A stretch of 64,000 nucleotides of DNA. Origin: Lingula anatina. Its lineage: Eukaryota > Animalia > Brachiopoda. Shown here piece by piece: positions 1-13,500 of the stretch. Below the pieces are notes generated by a model, which saw only the letters and a program-made list of their open reading frames with translations, was not told where the DNA came from and ran no database searches. The DNA lies in NCBI GenBank assembly GCA_051362555.1, contig CM120648.1, positions 2,829,721-2,893,720 on the forward strand, written 5' to 3'. The position numbers and the translations under genes were made by a program. Numbering within the stretch: position 1 is the stretch's first letter; each line of letters starts with the position of its first letter.

Positions 1-229
1 GAATGAGGGGCAAATTGTGACCAAAACGCGTTTTTCAAGGCTCTTAGCGAATATCAAACTGGTTTTAGCAGGTTAGAAAACCAAACGACCTCTGAGGAAG
101 CCACTGTAAACAGCAGAACAGCGTCGTCTGTTTCTCTAATGAATTGAGGACCATGACCGTTTCTGGGTAGAACACTGAAACCGCGTGGCTTTCTTTATTG
201 AGGTCAGATTTCACCTGTACCGCTTAACT

Positions 230-760
230 GGTTAAAACAGAGTTTACAGACATCCTGCAGAGGCCTACGACAAGGCGTGTGCCGCTTCTAAAGTGACTAG
301 GGTCATTGACAGCGTCAGTATTTGGGGTGAATACCACATTGGTGCCAAAACACCAATGATAGTCATCGACGAAAACCTTAACCAGATCAAATAAAGGGAT
401 ACTCTGGGAACCACTTGACTATCATTTGATAGGGGGGAACTTAGGAACAATTTTAGGTTGCACGATGAGAGTGCCGGTTCACACAGCGCACTTTTAATTG
501 CAGATTTCTTACAGAACCAAGGGAATGAGCAGATACATTGGTCATCAAAATCGCCATATTTGAACCACATAGACAATACATGGGTAGGTTATTACTCTCC
601 GAATTAACGGCCTACATGTCCTACAACAAAACTGAACCAAATTGGACAGGTTTTGACCGTTGCCTGGAATTTTTTTCCATATTAAACTCTAAAAACCTAT
701 CCTAAGGAATGCCTTGCCACTTGAAAGCTCTGGTAGCAGCCAGATGAGGTCAGGTGTAAC
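230..760 (+). mobile_element. Degenerate Tc1/mariner-family transposase remnant (C-terminal DDE region)
   Basis: The plus frame from ~341 reads GAKTPMIVIDENLNQIK*RDTLGTT*...LHDESAGSHSA...W-SSKSPYLNHIDNTW. This matches Tc1 motifs (QDxAxxH; WPxxSPDLNPIENxW) and the copy at 53550-53800 (GAKTPLVAIDGNLNQKKYRDILE). It has in-frame stops, and the boundaries are approximate. Confidence 0.75.
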
Positions 761-1806
761 AGTAACCGTTGCTGTGACAAGACACTAACATGAGGGTCCT
801 TTGGGGGGCGCAAAACTCTTTTAAAGACGATAATTTCGAAAATATGGAGATCCAAAATATCGCTTTCAATGGTTGTCGTACGACTTAAAATAGGCAATGC
901 ATTTTTGTTTGCTCCACTGGCGAATTCAATTAATGAACTGATGTCACAATGACATCAAAGAGATAGATAAAAGTTATAAAAACACGATTTTAATCTTTAT
1001 TTTCATTTATCAGTCATGAAAATATGAAAAAAACCGATGAAAAATAATTTGGAAAAAATATTCCATATTAAATGTCAAGTCTGTACATAGATGTTTAGCA
1101 GAAACAGGCGTTAAGGCGTAAACTGCTGTTTCTGACAACGGAATTTTTATCACTACTGCTAAATTACACTAGTACTATTACAGTTTGTTTTATCAGCTTT
1201 GGGCAAGAAGAACAAAATCACGCACGGGTATCTGGTGAGTAACATGTCTTTCTCATACTATAATTCCAGTATGATCATGTGACAGTCGATTTTAAAATTA
1301 AACATATTCAAGATATTTAAGAGTAACGTTATGCATGTCATTCAATCAGCCCTTTAAAGCTGAATAATTAGACTAGGAAACAAATACAGTAAACAATTAA
1401 AAATGAGATACATTTATTTGAATGTTTCTAGAGTTTATGTTAATTGCATATAATTCAATACACGGCAATTGACATCCATTTACTAAATTATATAAGCATT
1501 ACTATTGTTATTTATAATTATTATATAGGTAAGATTCTGGTATATTTATGGAAGACTTAATATCAATAAACGTGCGAAGTTCCTACGAGAGTATCTTGAT
1601 AAAGTCCAATCCAGCTCTATACATCGATTCCAATGATCGAAAAACAGTAAACAAAGCTCTACCACTGGTACTGTACTGTACCTACAGTAGGAATGTGAAG
1701 TACTTGATATTAAAACATTAAGATATTTCATATCACAGTGTCAGTTCTGTTACGCAGGTTATGTCTAATATATAATCGCGTGCCTGTATATAGAGAAAAC
1801 ACTAAA

Positions 1807-4800
1807 TTAAGCTATATACGTTCGCACAGTTCCCCTAATGGACGCTCTACATATAGGACAACTTCTTAGCGCAGGCGCACACTGTGCACAGGAAACTAAG
1901 TGACCACATGGTAGAAATACTACGCTGACTTCCTCGTCCATGCAGATCTTACACGTCCTTTGTTCTTTAAGACGCTGGTTCTCCTCTATGAGAGATTTGG
2001 CTTCTGAAATGTAATAAGATGCCAGGAAATCAAATATTAGGTAAATAATGCTAATGCACAAGTTTAATCTCATACTCTGGTAATCACTATTTATATATGA
2101 TTCATGTACAATAAAATAGCATATTCGTACACCAATCTATACTCTCTATGCTTCTGTTTCTACCAAGCAGAGATACCAGAACGTCTGTAGGATCTTTACT
2201 GTCTGTGTGAAATGCAGAGAACAAACATATAAGGACGGCTACTAGTAGGTTGTTACTACAACCTACTAGTAGCCGTGTACACTCAAGAAGTGTACACTCA
2301 AAAAGCTCTAATGCGCATTGCTATAATATTGTACCGGTACGTACCTTCGTCATTTTCGCCGACAGTCGTTTTGGCCTCTGTACTTTTTTGCTTCTTCTTT
2401 CCTCTCTTCTTTTCCTCTTTAGCTACAGAAATTAGGAAGAGCACAGTAGTGAAGAATTGTAGACATACCCTGTATTGTTTATCTAGAGTTATTTTGGGTG
2501 AACTGTTTTTAATCAACAATGAGCATTTACGATTATATGAGAACAAGTGCATGTAACATGTGGCTTCTCTAATATTACTTTACACTATGGACACATATTT
2601 TATTTATTTATTTTTAAATTTTGATATTAAAATGCCATACCAGGCTTTGGAGTCCGACTGGGTGAGAGAGTGTCCTGGGCGGGTTCAGCAACACCTGACG
2701 GAGTCTGTTCACGCCCCTCTCCTGGCGTCTGCCTCTCCTCATAGGACAGAATAGCTTCAAACAGGCTCTCGGCGTTAGGGAAGTCGTCCCCGGTGGTACG
2801 CAGTCTGTTCTCAATGACTTTTTTCACTGTGTCCCTGGGATAACCCATCTCCAGGACTGCCTGGACAGTGGGGGTGTCCAGTCTGGCCTTGATTTCACGG
2901 GCCTCCACCACGTACTGTCCGGCTGTAATGGACAAAATACATTGGTACATGCATCCAGATATAATATCTTTGCTGGCAAATGTTACAAGTCCTCGACAGT
3001 GATAAGCACTAAGGGCAATGAACTACATGTGTGCGGCCTATTCTGACGCATGATTCCGAGCCAAGTTTTTTTCCGAGTTGCAAATGTTTTTAATGAGGTG
3101 TATTCTGTGCATCATTTGAGACAGACACAAACGGTTCAGCATTTCAGTCATAGGATTTATTAGACAGTCAAAGAACTAGAGGTAACTAGACAGAAATTGG
3201 CTGAAGTAGACAGCCATGACTACGTTGCAAAAGGTTACCTTCTCGTCGCCTAACATTAGTTATGGCTGCTTGGTTTTGAACGGTCAACTGCGGCTGCTGA
3301 TATATAATAAAATAAAATAAAATTATATTCAAAAATATACAAAACGTGGAACGTATTGTCACAAATAGCAAAAGATAATTGAAAGCATAGCAATTCATGT
3401 ATAAATCGCGTATGTATGTAGTTATAAAAAGACGCTGGAGAGTTTTGTTTCTACCAATATATATACCTGGTAGGCCCTATATATATATATATATTTCTCG
3501 ATCGGTTACTTGGAAACATCCACACTGTTCAATGAATTTTACGATATGGCATGTATTAGAACAAATCTCACGCAAAGCAAGAATATTATGCTCTGAAATA
3601 CAATATAACAGTACAAGAGGCTTCTTTACAATACACAATAATTATGCCCTGGAATACAATGTACAGGATAATAGTACACTTTGTTCTTTAACAATACACT
3701 AAATAAAAAAATCTGTTACTCTTTAAGATATAGGTAAATTAAAATATGCACACATATTACGAACACCAGTGAGCTAATTCTTACCGTGTCGGTGCCCTGC
3801 CTTGGATACAGCTCTTGAACATGCCGAATAAACTCCTCTCCCTTGCACTGACGGACAAAACCACACCGAGGAAACCAGCGCGCATGCTCAGTCCATGGGT
3901 CATCTTGTGGCTCCCAGTTTCTCAATCCCCCATCACAGTAAAAGCACTTCACGTTGTCTGAAAATCCTGTGCATGACAAAAATAAATTTAGATATTTACC
4001 TTTAATCTCTTCATTTGCGAATTCATACTGATATACTAGTAAATTATATTGGATAAAATCGTCAAATACTTTAGGCCTAAGACCATCTGCAGCCGAAAAA
4101 AGTAATGTTCGAGCAGATTTCACGTACGTACTTTTAAATAACCTTGGGATAAATACCTTTTAAAGACTCTGAAATACTTAAAGAATCTTTAAAGGCGTTT
4201 GCTTTTAACTGAACATTGCCATTGCCAACGCGAACTTTCATTTAATGTAATTTGGAAAAGTTTTTTTTTTTTTTTTTAAGATACCAGTATATGACAATAA
4301 ATTGCATACACTAGTATAGCTGCATAGTTTAAACAAAATAGTATCAAAATAAATGCCTAATTATGCCGTACTAATAGTGCGTATCTTACCAGCGTAGAAG
4401 AAGCCGGCCTTAGCCAGGTTGACAGGGTTTTGAGCCCAGTGAGCAGACCAAGTTGCAAACGTTTTTTCTCGTACACTTTCGATTGCGAACCTTTGGTGCT
4501 TTGGTTTGTCTGTTAGGATTCCAAGGTCTTGTCCATGAAATATAGCTGGTGAAAAGTAAAGAATCACTTTGAAGATCAAGTGAATGACGATGAAGATAAA
4601 CGCATGCTGTATGGAAAAATACCAACACTCGACCAAAAAAGTTCGGAAACCGAATTCAAATTGTTTTTCAATAATTAAAAATCATGTAACATAGGGGGAA
4701 ACCTGCGATGCATATTAATTAAAGTAAAAATGGTGCGTGCATCATCTTGGTTAAATAAATTTACCTTAACAAACGTGGTTATTTTGTTACTATTAGAATT

Positions 4801-7800
4801 ACAGTGTTTCCGAACCTATGTGGTCGAGTGTATATGTACTGTCAACTGAGTTATGCAAGCTGACGAAGAGATGAAGCAGTATACACGAACAACCCGACAG
4901 CCACGAAGCTATATACTCACGAGCGCCGCCGTGAGGTGCAGAACTTCCGCCTGAGCCACTACCAGCGACCGATGCTGGCGCCCCACTGCGGCTGGTACTG
5001 TGGTTACCATTCCCCACCACAGTCCCGAGAACCAACGGACAGGTCGGAAACTGGCGACGGTGTTCCTGCATGGGCTGATCACCTACGGGTGAAGAAAAAA
5101 CATGATGCTATATTACCATGCCTCTTACTTCGTTATGTATACAATTATATATTTCCAAGTATAAAACCATATGGCAATGACATGTTACACTAATCAATGT
5201 GCATCAGTGTGTTTCGAAAGTGACTTAAGAATGCGCATAATTATGCATACTGTAAAGACAGGGAAGGCAGATTATATAAACACAAACTCACATATAGGCC
5301 TACACATAAACACATAGCTATGTGTACACCCATACACACAAGATTACACTCGCGTGTGTGTGCCCTCAAAAATGCATTGGTGTGAGGTGACGGCTGCCCA
5401 GTAGATATATTTCGCCTACCTGGGTCCCAGTTCCGCAGAATCCCAGCACAGAATGCACATTTGACACTGTCTCCGGTCCCCGTGTAGAAAAAACCCGCAC
5501 TGGCGAGATCACGTGGTCGGACGTGTGCAGCTATTGACCAATGGGCGAAGGTCTTCAACCTTTCTTCTTCGCATTTCATTCGCTCCGACTCTCCAATACA
5601 CGTTGATATTTCACTCTGGAGAGAGGGTTGGTTACCGACATTGCCGACGTTACCCGCCTGCTGATTGTGGTATAATGACGAAGTTGACATTTGGGTTGTA
5701 GCGTCCGATAAACTAAAACCTAAAGATCTTGTAAGCGCTTGCTGGCTGGACAGCAGCAGGTTGCTCTCCCGAGACACAGTGGTAGCCATGGCGGGTCCTT
5801 CTCCCGCAAGATTAGGAAACGGGTCAAAGTCTGCTCCTGTTGCACCGTTCATCGAGGTGTTCGCGCCTTCGGTCTCAAACAGAGGTACGTTGTTACTCTC
5901 CAATCCCCTCACGTGCCGACAGTCGGGGAAGAAGTGCCGGTGAAGCTCTGCGGGGCTGATTTCCCGAGTCAGCTGCTTAAGGTGACCACCGCAGCTGTAG
6001 CAGATCACCTAGAGTGAACAAATGAAAATAAATAAACTACAATAAGTGGCAAAACAAAACCACGGAAAACATTAGGATACAATTCTTCTGGGAATGTATA
6101 GCATGAATTGAAATAGATTCATAAAATAAGCCAGTACTGTTGAATGACTGGTAACAGAGGGCCATATGGAAGATAAGCTTACGATTAACATGTTTACCCT
6201 CTTCAAATAAAATTTAAAAAAAATAGATGAATGAAAATGAGGGAAATGAGCACCTGAAGAATACCATTATTAAAAAGATGGACATTTGCATATGTACATA
6301 GCATATCTTATTCATAAATGAACAAACAAACAAATAATTAAATACATAAGTAAATAAATAAATAAAATAAACCTCATCCGCTTGGCCAGAATAGAAGAAG
6401 CCTGCTCGTGCCAACCTTGTTGCAGGGACTGCCGCCCATTCCGGCCAATTCCTGAAACTCGCCAGTCTGACTGCCTCCGAACTATTCCTGTCATCGGTAG
6501 GGGGAGCTGATCTGTTAGTCGTCCGCGGGAGGACGGTGCCACCATGAGCAGGATATGTGTGGAATATCCTGCCCGCTGGGACAAAATTTCTGGAGTAGCG
6601 GAGAAAATCTTTTGGGTACAAGGCTCGAAATGGACCATCTTTATCATGTGCTGTCTTTTCTGGCCTGAGGTCATAACCAAGCTGCCCGAGAATTTGGCCT
6701 TCGTGGGTGCAATAATCGAAGTACTGCTCCACCTTTTCACGGATAACACATTCAGATAAACCGACAGAAAACAGTCCACTGGACTTGGGTACGCCCACGT
6801 CAACATTTTGTTGGGAGCTTAGACAGATGGGATACTGAGGACCAAGTTTCAGAAGACCGTTGCTGCTTTCATAACAGTTTTTGATCGATTCTGCCTCGTG
6901 TTTTCCTTTAGCATCATGACAGACCAGATAAGGAAGGGGTGTTGGACTGTATTTAATGTTATTCAGGTTATTGTTCTTTTTTGACGCTGTCTTGGACGCA
7001 TTTGGAAAGCATGTATCGCCGAAACCCAGGCTTGGTTGGCCTGTTAAACGACCAGAGGGGGGTACAGGTTCAAGACGAAACCGAAGCTGGTTTTGGACAC
7101 CTCGTGCCAGGGAGGTTCCACGAATATCTACCCTAAGTGTCGTGCCAAAAACGCAAGAAAACACAGAGGCTGGGGTTTTCCTGGGGATAGGGATATCTAG
7201 TCGCGAGCTGTCTTTGAGAACCGCGGAAAAATATGGGTGGAGTTGATTTTTCGGCAACTCCACGGCTTGGGACGTGCGTCGGCTGATTAGGGCCACCCTT
7301 TCCCTTAAACCGATCCGACCTCCTTGGTGAACCTGTACCCGTATCGGTGGCCCCCCTCTCAATCGTTGCGCTGATGAAGAAAGAGTCTGTTTATGTATAA
7401 ATCTATTTCGTACAGTTTGCAATTTATATTTACACGTACGAGTTAATGAGTTTCGGGAAAGGGAGGATAAAGTTTGCAATTTAACATATAATGATGTCCT
7501 TGAGTATATAGGATTAGGAGCTATGGGTGTGGTTGTGATTATATCAGTTAACCCTAGCTCTTGTACATCTATAACAGCATCTTTTGGCTGGTCATGTTCT
7601 AGTGTGAAAGAGACAATTTCCAGAGCGAGGGGAGCTATAAACCAGTGTCCATATATCTTCTTGTCTCGGCTTACTACAGTAGAAACTACTGCAGGGGGAT
7701 TCAATTCAGAACTCTCTCGGTGTGATTCACACTGTACTTGCGGTGGGGGTGAGGCATGATCTCCACGACTTTCCCGCTTTACTGGTCTCCACACGATGAC

Positions 7801-7861
7801 AAAGGTGGTTTCGGTGCAGGATGCGGTTTCTCTTTTAAATGTGTCATTTTTACAGTGGAGG
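1807..7861 (-). CDS. Inhibitor of apoptosis protein (BIRC2/3/7-like): long N-terminal extension, 3 BIR domains, UBA-like region, C-terminal RING; multi-exon
   Basis: Phase-consistent GT/AG exons, 5' to 3': 7861-6373, 6008-5420, 5082-4921, 4545-4390, 3966-3785, 3296-3239, 2922-2641, 2422-2345, (possible 2202-2164), 2003-1807. BIR1 is [37 protein letters not shown]2 is [26 protein letters not shown]3 is [23 protein letters not shown]. The UBA-like region is VQAVLEMGY and the RING is [20 protein letters not shown]. The start codon is unresolved (see findings). Confidence 0.93.
7779..7847 (-). other. Out-of-frame AUG-initiated short ORF (22 aa, [22 protein letters not shown]) overlapping the IAP frame
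   Basis: ATG at 7847-7845 in the context AAAAATGAC, and TAA at 7781-7779. It lies in the +1 frame relative to the IAP ORF and contains T TTA AAA at 7839-7833. Confidence 0.6.
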
Positions 7862-8947
7862 CTGAAAAACAGTAATCAGTTATACTGACTGAGTCTTTAG
7901 ATGGAAAATACCCAACAGGATGTTGTATACAGATTAAAGAGGGTGGGCCCCAATAAATATAATTATAAGACGTCCTTTAGTGTAGGATTTTAAAGGATTC
8001 TATAGGAATCCTACAGGACTGTAAAGGACGCCCTACACGCCTCCTAAAAGGCCTTATGAGAAAACAAGGTAAGTGGACTGTGAAAAATGGTCTGGTATCA
8101 GAAGTGAACAGTTTTACGAATTGATGGCTATGTTATCCTAGCACGTACCACTGCAAGAACAACAGACTTTAAAAGACAAAATGTTTAATGCCAGTGCCAT
8201 GAAGCAAATATTCTAGACCTACCATCCCCGAAACCTCCGATATACTCCAACGATGCTCAGTACGCACAAACCCAGCAACCAACTAAGACACAGCGCGAAA
8301 GACAAGGCCCTGAAATAATGGAAATGCTTCTTATATAACCATACCGTTGATACACGTTGACTGATGTCCCCAGAAAGGAGACTTGGTTGCTTGGATTTAG
8401 ATACACATATATATATTTATGATAAATTAATAAATAAAAAAGATACATTCTGAAAAAAAATTAAAAGAACCACAAGAATAACATAGAAATTGTGTGTGCA
8501 AACTGCGCGGAAAAAACCAAATGGTCTAGAATGCAGGAAAATATCGCTAGGTTTCTTTACAGTGAAACAAGGACGAGGGAAGCAGTAAAGGTATTCAGCG
8601 CCTCAGCGAAATGTTAGTGTTATTGCTGTTATCTTCTGCCTACAAGTCACTCGGACGTGAACCACTCTGTGAACATATGTATAAGACAGGTATTGAGCGT
8701 TTAACATACGCTGATGGCACCACGCTCATCAGTATTTGCAAAAATGACCAATTACAAAAAAGCATCAACTGAAACCTTCCTGTATATGATCATATGGGAA
8801 TGACATGTCTGTTAATTTAGGAAAGCAAATAAATCAGGTTCCATTTTCAATATCCAGTCATCAAACCCAATCAGTCACAACTGTCGGCGAAATTAATACA
8901 CAGCATTTTTATATTTCTGGGCATTAACATCAGTCAGGATCTTTATT

Positions 8948-8957
8948 GGGAAAACCC
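8948..8957 (+). promoter_or_regulatory. NF-kB consensus site in an IAP 5' intron
   Basis: GGGAAAACCC is a kB-like site. IAP genes are established NF-kB targets in other animals. Motif evidence only. Confidence 0.3.
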
Positions 8958-9216
8958 GTTTACCCTAAATATATATCAAACCTATAGAAAGCAAATACAC
9001 TTTAAATTATTAAGATTTTAAAGAGAGTGTATTTTTTATCAAGATCTTCTTGTACTACGAGTTTATATGACAATTCTAACACACAGGTGTATGTGTGCCA
9101 AAGGCCAGGACCAAATCTTGTCTTATGCATAAAAAGCCCAGACCCCATGTTAATTACGCCCTGGCTGGGCCCAGTCTTTATGGTGTCTTTGCATTGTTAA
9201 CAGCATCTTTGATAAA

Positions 9217-9218
<2 letters not shown>

Positions 9219-9275
<57 letters not shown>
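9219..9275. repeat. (TA)n microsatellite
   Basis: Pure TA run. Confidence 0.95.
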
Positions 9276-9281
<6 letters not shown>

Positions 9282-9533
9282 TAGAATGTCGCCTGCACAG
9301 TGTATATGCACATGTAGGCCTAAATGAAACCAACTAAAGTATTCTGTTTATATAACTAAAATGGGAGTTTCGAAAAAGACAAAGTAAATATGGTATGCCG
9401 GTGTTTCCTAACCGCCTATAAAATTTTCAGAGAGTTTTTTAAAATGCTGACACAAACAGAGTTTAAGGCGCATGTGGACACATACACATACTAGCACACA
9501 GTGTAGGGTTTAATTACAGTGCACAGATTGAGC

Positions 9534-9985
9534 ACAGCACAATGCAGAGATTAAGTACAGTACAGCACAATGTAGAGATTAAGTACACTACAGCACAATG
9601 TAGAGATTAAGTACAGTACAGCACAATGTAGAGATTAAGTACAGTGCAGCACAATGTAGAGATTAAGTACACTACAGCACAATGTAGAGATTAAGTACAG
9701 TGCAGCACAATGTAGAGATTAAGTACAGTACAGCACAATGTAGAGGTTAAGTACACTACAGCACAATGTAGAGATTAAGTACAGTACATCACAATGTAGA
9801 GATTAAGTACAGTACAGCACAATGCAGAGATTAAGTACAGTACAGCACAATGTAGAAATTAAGTACAGTACAGCACAATGTAGAGATTAAGTAGAGTACA
9901 GCACAATGTAGAGATTAAGTACAGTGCAGCACAATGTAGAGATTAAGTACAGTACAGCACAATGTAGAGATTAAGTACAGTACAG
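9534..9985. repeat. 28-bp minisatellite, about 16 copies
   Basis: The unit ACAGCACAATGTAGAGATTAAGTACAGT is tandemly repeated with few substitutions. Confidence 0.95.
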
Positions 9986-10546
9986 TGCAGAACATATTCA
10001 CTGCACGCGAACATATTCAAATACTAACAGGTACAAACATATTTTACAAAGACAGTTCATATACTCACACAAGTTCTCTATTACTCTGGACTTCTATCAG
10101 ACAAAACATGCCGGTAATCCATTTGATCAGTGCAAATGTCAGAGTATAGACTGTTTTTACAAACATTCTTAAATCATTTACTTTGACAATTTGTAAAACG
10201 GTCCCTAATCTAATGTGAAGTAGAAAAAATGTAATGTATGCAGTTATTAAGAATAAAAAAGTAGATAAATAACTAAATAAATACATGATGCATAGATAAA
10301 TAAATATTAAAAGTTAAAAATACGAATCGTAATAAATACATTCACTTAAAAATAATCCGGTAATATAGTATATACGATGTGAAATATAAAAACTCTCTGG
10401 CATGTATTTGAAAATATGATAGATGTCTGAATGTTTTCTGTGAAAATGAATTAAATATTAAGAATGACATGTGCAATATACTATAAATCAAACATTACAT
10501 ATAAATTCAAAGAAGATGTAAGAAGATTATAGTTATTGAGCTCTAC

Positions 10547-10572
10547 CTTGTTGTCTTTACAACCGAAGTTCT
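10547..10572 (-). other. Candidate 26-nt upstream micro-exon of the IAP transcript
   Basis: Minus strand reads ctctcatttttttcag|AGAACTTCGGTTGTAAAGACAACAAG|gtagag. The phase-2 end fits the acceptor at 7861 and keeps the IAP frame open (RTSVVKTTS). Confidence 0.45.
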
Positions 10573-11014
10573 CTGAAAAAAATGAGAGAAATATAATAAA
10601 TAACCAATATATTTGACAGCGGCATTATTATTTTAGGAAAAGATTATTCAGTAATGAACTGAATTAAAAAAAAAAACCTTTGGTGTCAGATGATTTTTTT
10701 CGTTTTCTTAATCCTACATAATACGGCCTTTTGTAGGTTTAAGAAACTTCCTATTATTTCTTTCTTGAATTAAAAGTCCCTGCAATTTTTTCCGGAAACC
10801 CATATTTGTCAAGAAACCGAAATTTTACCATGCTCTTTATGAAGAAGGAAAATAAGGGCCATATGTCAACTGAGAACAGTCATATGAGTTTCATTCTCCG
10901 TTTGCATTTCAATTCATAGATTTGTACAGACAGGAAGAAAGAAAAAGAATCCAATCAAGCTGGTTTGCCAATTGAGCTTATGTCAAGTCATTCTGCTAAG
11001 TTTAAGATATAATA

Positions 11015-11552
11015 CAGGCCTACCCAACTACCAGACTCGGCACCGAATGATCCAGAATTCACCGGTAAATCGGACCACACTACCCGTTTTCAAGGTGTGT
11101 ATCAGATCGCTTTACACAGTATCAGACGCGACACCGCTCTTGCCTAGTACGTGATGTGATAGTGACGATTCTCAGCGGGGTTGAAAAGCATTGCATCACC
11201 ACTCAAAATTTGTTCAGGGTATGGGTGTATTTCCAGAGATTTAGATCGATCCAGGGATTAAAATTTAGATCGACACAACTCCCTGGGGGTTCACGCTAAA
11301 TTGCAGTCAGACGAGCGCGCACCATAGTTAATTACCCTCTTACAGCTTTTAGTAGGCGGGACAGACTCTTAAGCCGGCCAAGCTGACAGTAATCTAGTGA
11401 GACTCCCCACAGGGTTAGATCGATCTATGGAAATGGGGTGTATAATACTGTGTAATGCGATCTGACACACACCTTGAAAACGGGTAGTGTGGTCTGATCT
11501 ACCGGTGAATTCTGGATCATTCGGTGCCGAGTCTGGTAGTTGGGTAGGCCTG
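11015..11552. mobile_element. Non-autonomous DNA transposon (MITE) with ~105-bp terminal inverted repeats, containing a nested family-A MITE
   Basis: 11015-11121 (CAGGCCTACCCAACTACCAGACTCGG...) is the reverse complement of ~11445-11552. No clear TSD. Confidence 0.8.
11223..11440. mobile_element. MITE family A (~215 bp, TAGATCGATC-containing, PIF/Harbinger-like)
   Basis: Homologous to 32729-32953 and 35901-36115. Imperfect TIRs GGGTGTATTTCCA...TGGAAATGGGGTG. Confidence 0.8.
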
Positions 11553-13500
11553 AGTAACACAGTTTTCCTTTTAGGGTATTTGTAGTGGCAGTACCCAAAA
11601 TATTTTTCATCAATTTTTTTAACAACTGATTATTAAACTTGACCTGTATTTTATGCATATCCATCAAGTCAGTAAATTTGAAGACAAAGGGTAAAATGGT
11701 TTTCATTTAATTTGTAAAACGGTGTAAAAATATGGTAAAAAAGCAAATTTTTTTGAAAAATGGTCCCATATAAATATTCATCAGTGCCATATAAATATTC
11801 ATCAGTGCTCTAAGGATATTAAAATCCTTTATTGTCATTCAGGTACCAAAAATGAGTTTTTTTCCCTAAATCTACTTATGCAAAATGCATTTATCTTTGT
11901 GCCGATTCAATACAATGAAAAAAATTGAAAATATATAATATCGGCGTTTATATTTTTTCGTTGCAATGTATAAGCATAGACAACTCAAAGCTTTAATCAT
12001 TATTTTAACACTTTTCTATTTTGAGGTAAGATAGCAAATCGGTATGGGGCGTAACTTCTTTCCTGAACAAGACATTATCATGAAGACTGGCAGAGCTGAC
12101 GAGGAGTGTATAAGCTACATTCCCATGCCGTCATTTTGGTTCAAATTATTTTGTTATGGAAATATAGTCGCTAATTACAGATTTTTATTAAACAAAGGCA
12201 TTATTTTGCTTCAGTGACGAACGATAAAATCTAAATAAGACTTTTAAGATAAATCGCTGGCAGGGTATTGGATTACTTAATGGTGTGATTAAATCTGCGT
12301 TGAAACGGTGATCATGGTTACTCGGGTAAAAATAAATTTGAGAAACCGATTTTTTCATTTTTTTTACCCAAAAATTTGACGTCAATCGTAAAATATCATA
12401 TGTGTAAATGTTAATTAATTTAGTCACTGAACACTGAAGATTACCCAATAGAACCCAAAAGAACTATTACCCAAAAGAATATATTTGTTGCAGTAAATAA
12501 GGAGTTTTAGTGGCAATATCCTTAAGTTTGAAGACATAAGATAAAAAAAAAACGGATTTCATTTTATTTGTATAACGATGGATAAAATACCCTTAAAAAA
12601 GTAAAATAGGAAAAAAAAACATGAATATTCATCAGTTCTGTAAGTTTGAAGACAAAAGGTAAACTTGTTCTCATTTTACTTTTATACCACTGAAAGTCCG
12701 TGCCGTACATAAAAACAACCAAACTGGTATGTCGCCTGCAACAAAGGCTTCACATCCACGTGCTCACCGGCTGCCATTCTATCGGTTTTATTAATGGAAG
12801 TATGGTTTTGACATGTCTGTCAAAAATCGTCTTTGTTGTCGAATATAGGTATTATTACAAACATGAAATAACATACGCAAGACCAACTCTTTATGCCAAA
12901 CATAGAGCCCGCACTCATACCCCTGTTACTGTCCTCGGACAACGAATGGAACACGTCCTCGCTCCAAGGATAAGCGCGCCAAAAGACCGGCATTTTATAG
13001 GTCATGTTGGGCAAAACTATCAAGAGGGGAATCAACTTCATCTAAAGCCGAGTGTAATACAAAGAAGAAATCTAATAAATGCAGTCATATAGCAAGAATT
13101 GATGTTTTCAACACGTTTACAAGGTATTTGTCTCTCTGAAAAGCCTATCTATCTGGTTTAGATACAGGTACTTCAGCCGCTGTTCAACCTGTACACCCCT
13201 ACCTGTAGTCTACAAATATTTGATAGTCGTCGGAAACGGAGCGCAAAGCATGCTGGAAGACCACCTGCACATTAAAAGGGCAGCCGCTGTTCAACCTGTA
13301 CCCCCACTTGTAGCCTACATGTATTTGCCAGTCTTCGGGGGGGTGGGCGCGTCAAAGAGCACGTTGTTCTTATCGATCGTGCTGGGCTTTATCAAAATCA
13401 ATGTAAGCAAATGATATCAGGTATACAACCAAGATAATGTCTCAAGATTATGAAGTTTATATTTTGATTCAAAATTGATGTCATACACAGGCATCCTCAC

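Noticed and set aside
2164-2202. Extra 39-nt IAP exon ([13 protein letters not shown])
   Set aside because: The acceptor is good and it preserves the frame, but the donor (GTAGAA) is weak and the gene model works without it. Left unconfirmed.
9534-9985. 28-bp repeats as a possible CRISPR array
   Set aside because: The units are head-to-tail with no unique spacers, and the context is eukaryotic, so this is a minisatellite.
12700-13092. 130-aa plus-strand ORF
   Set aside because: GTG start, no recognisable domain or splice context; probably a chance ORF or decayed repeat.
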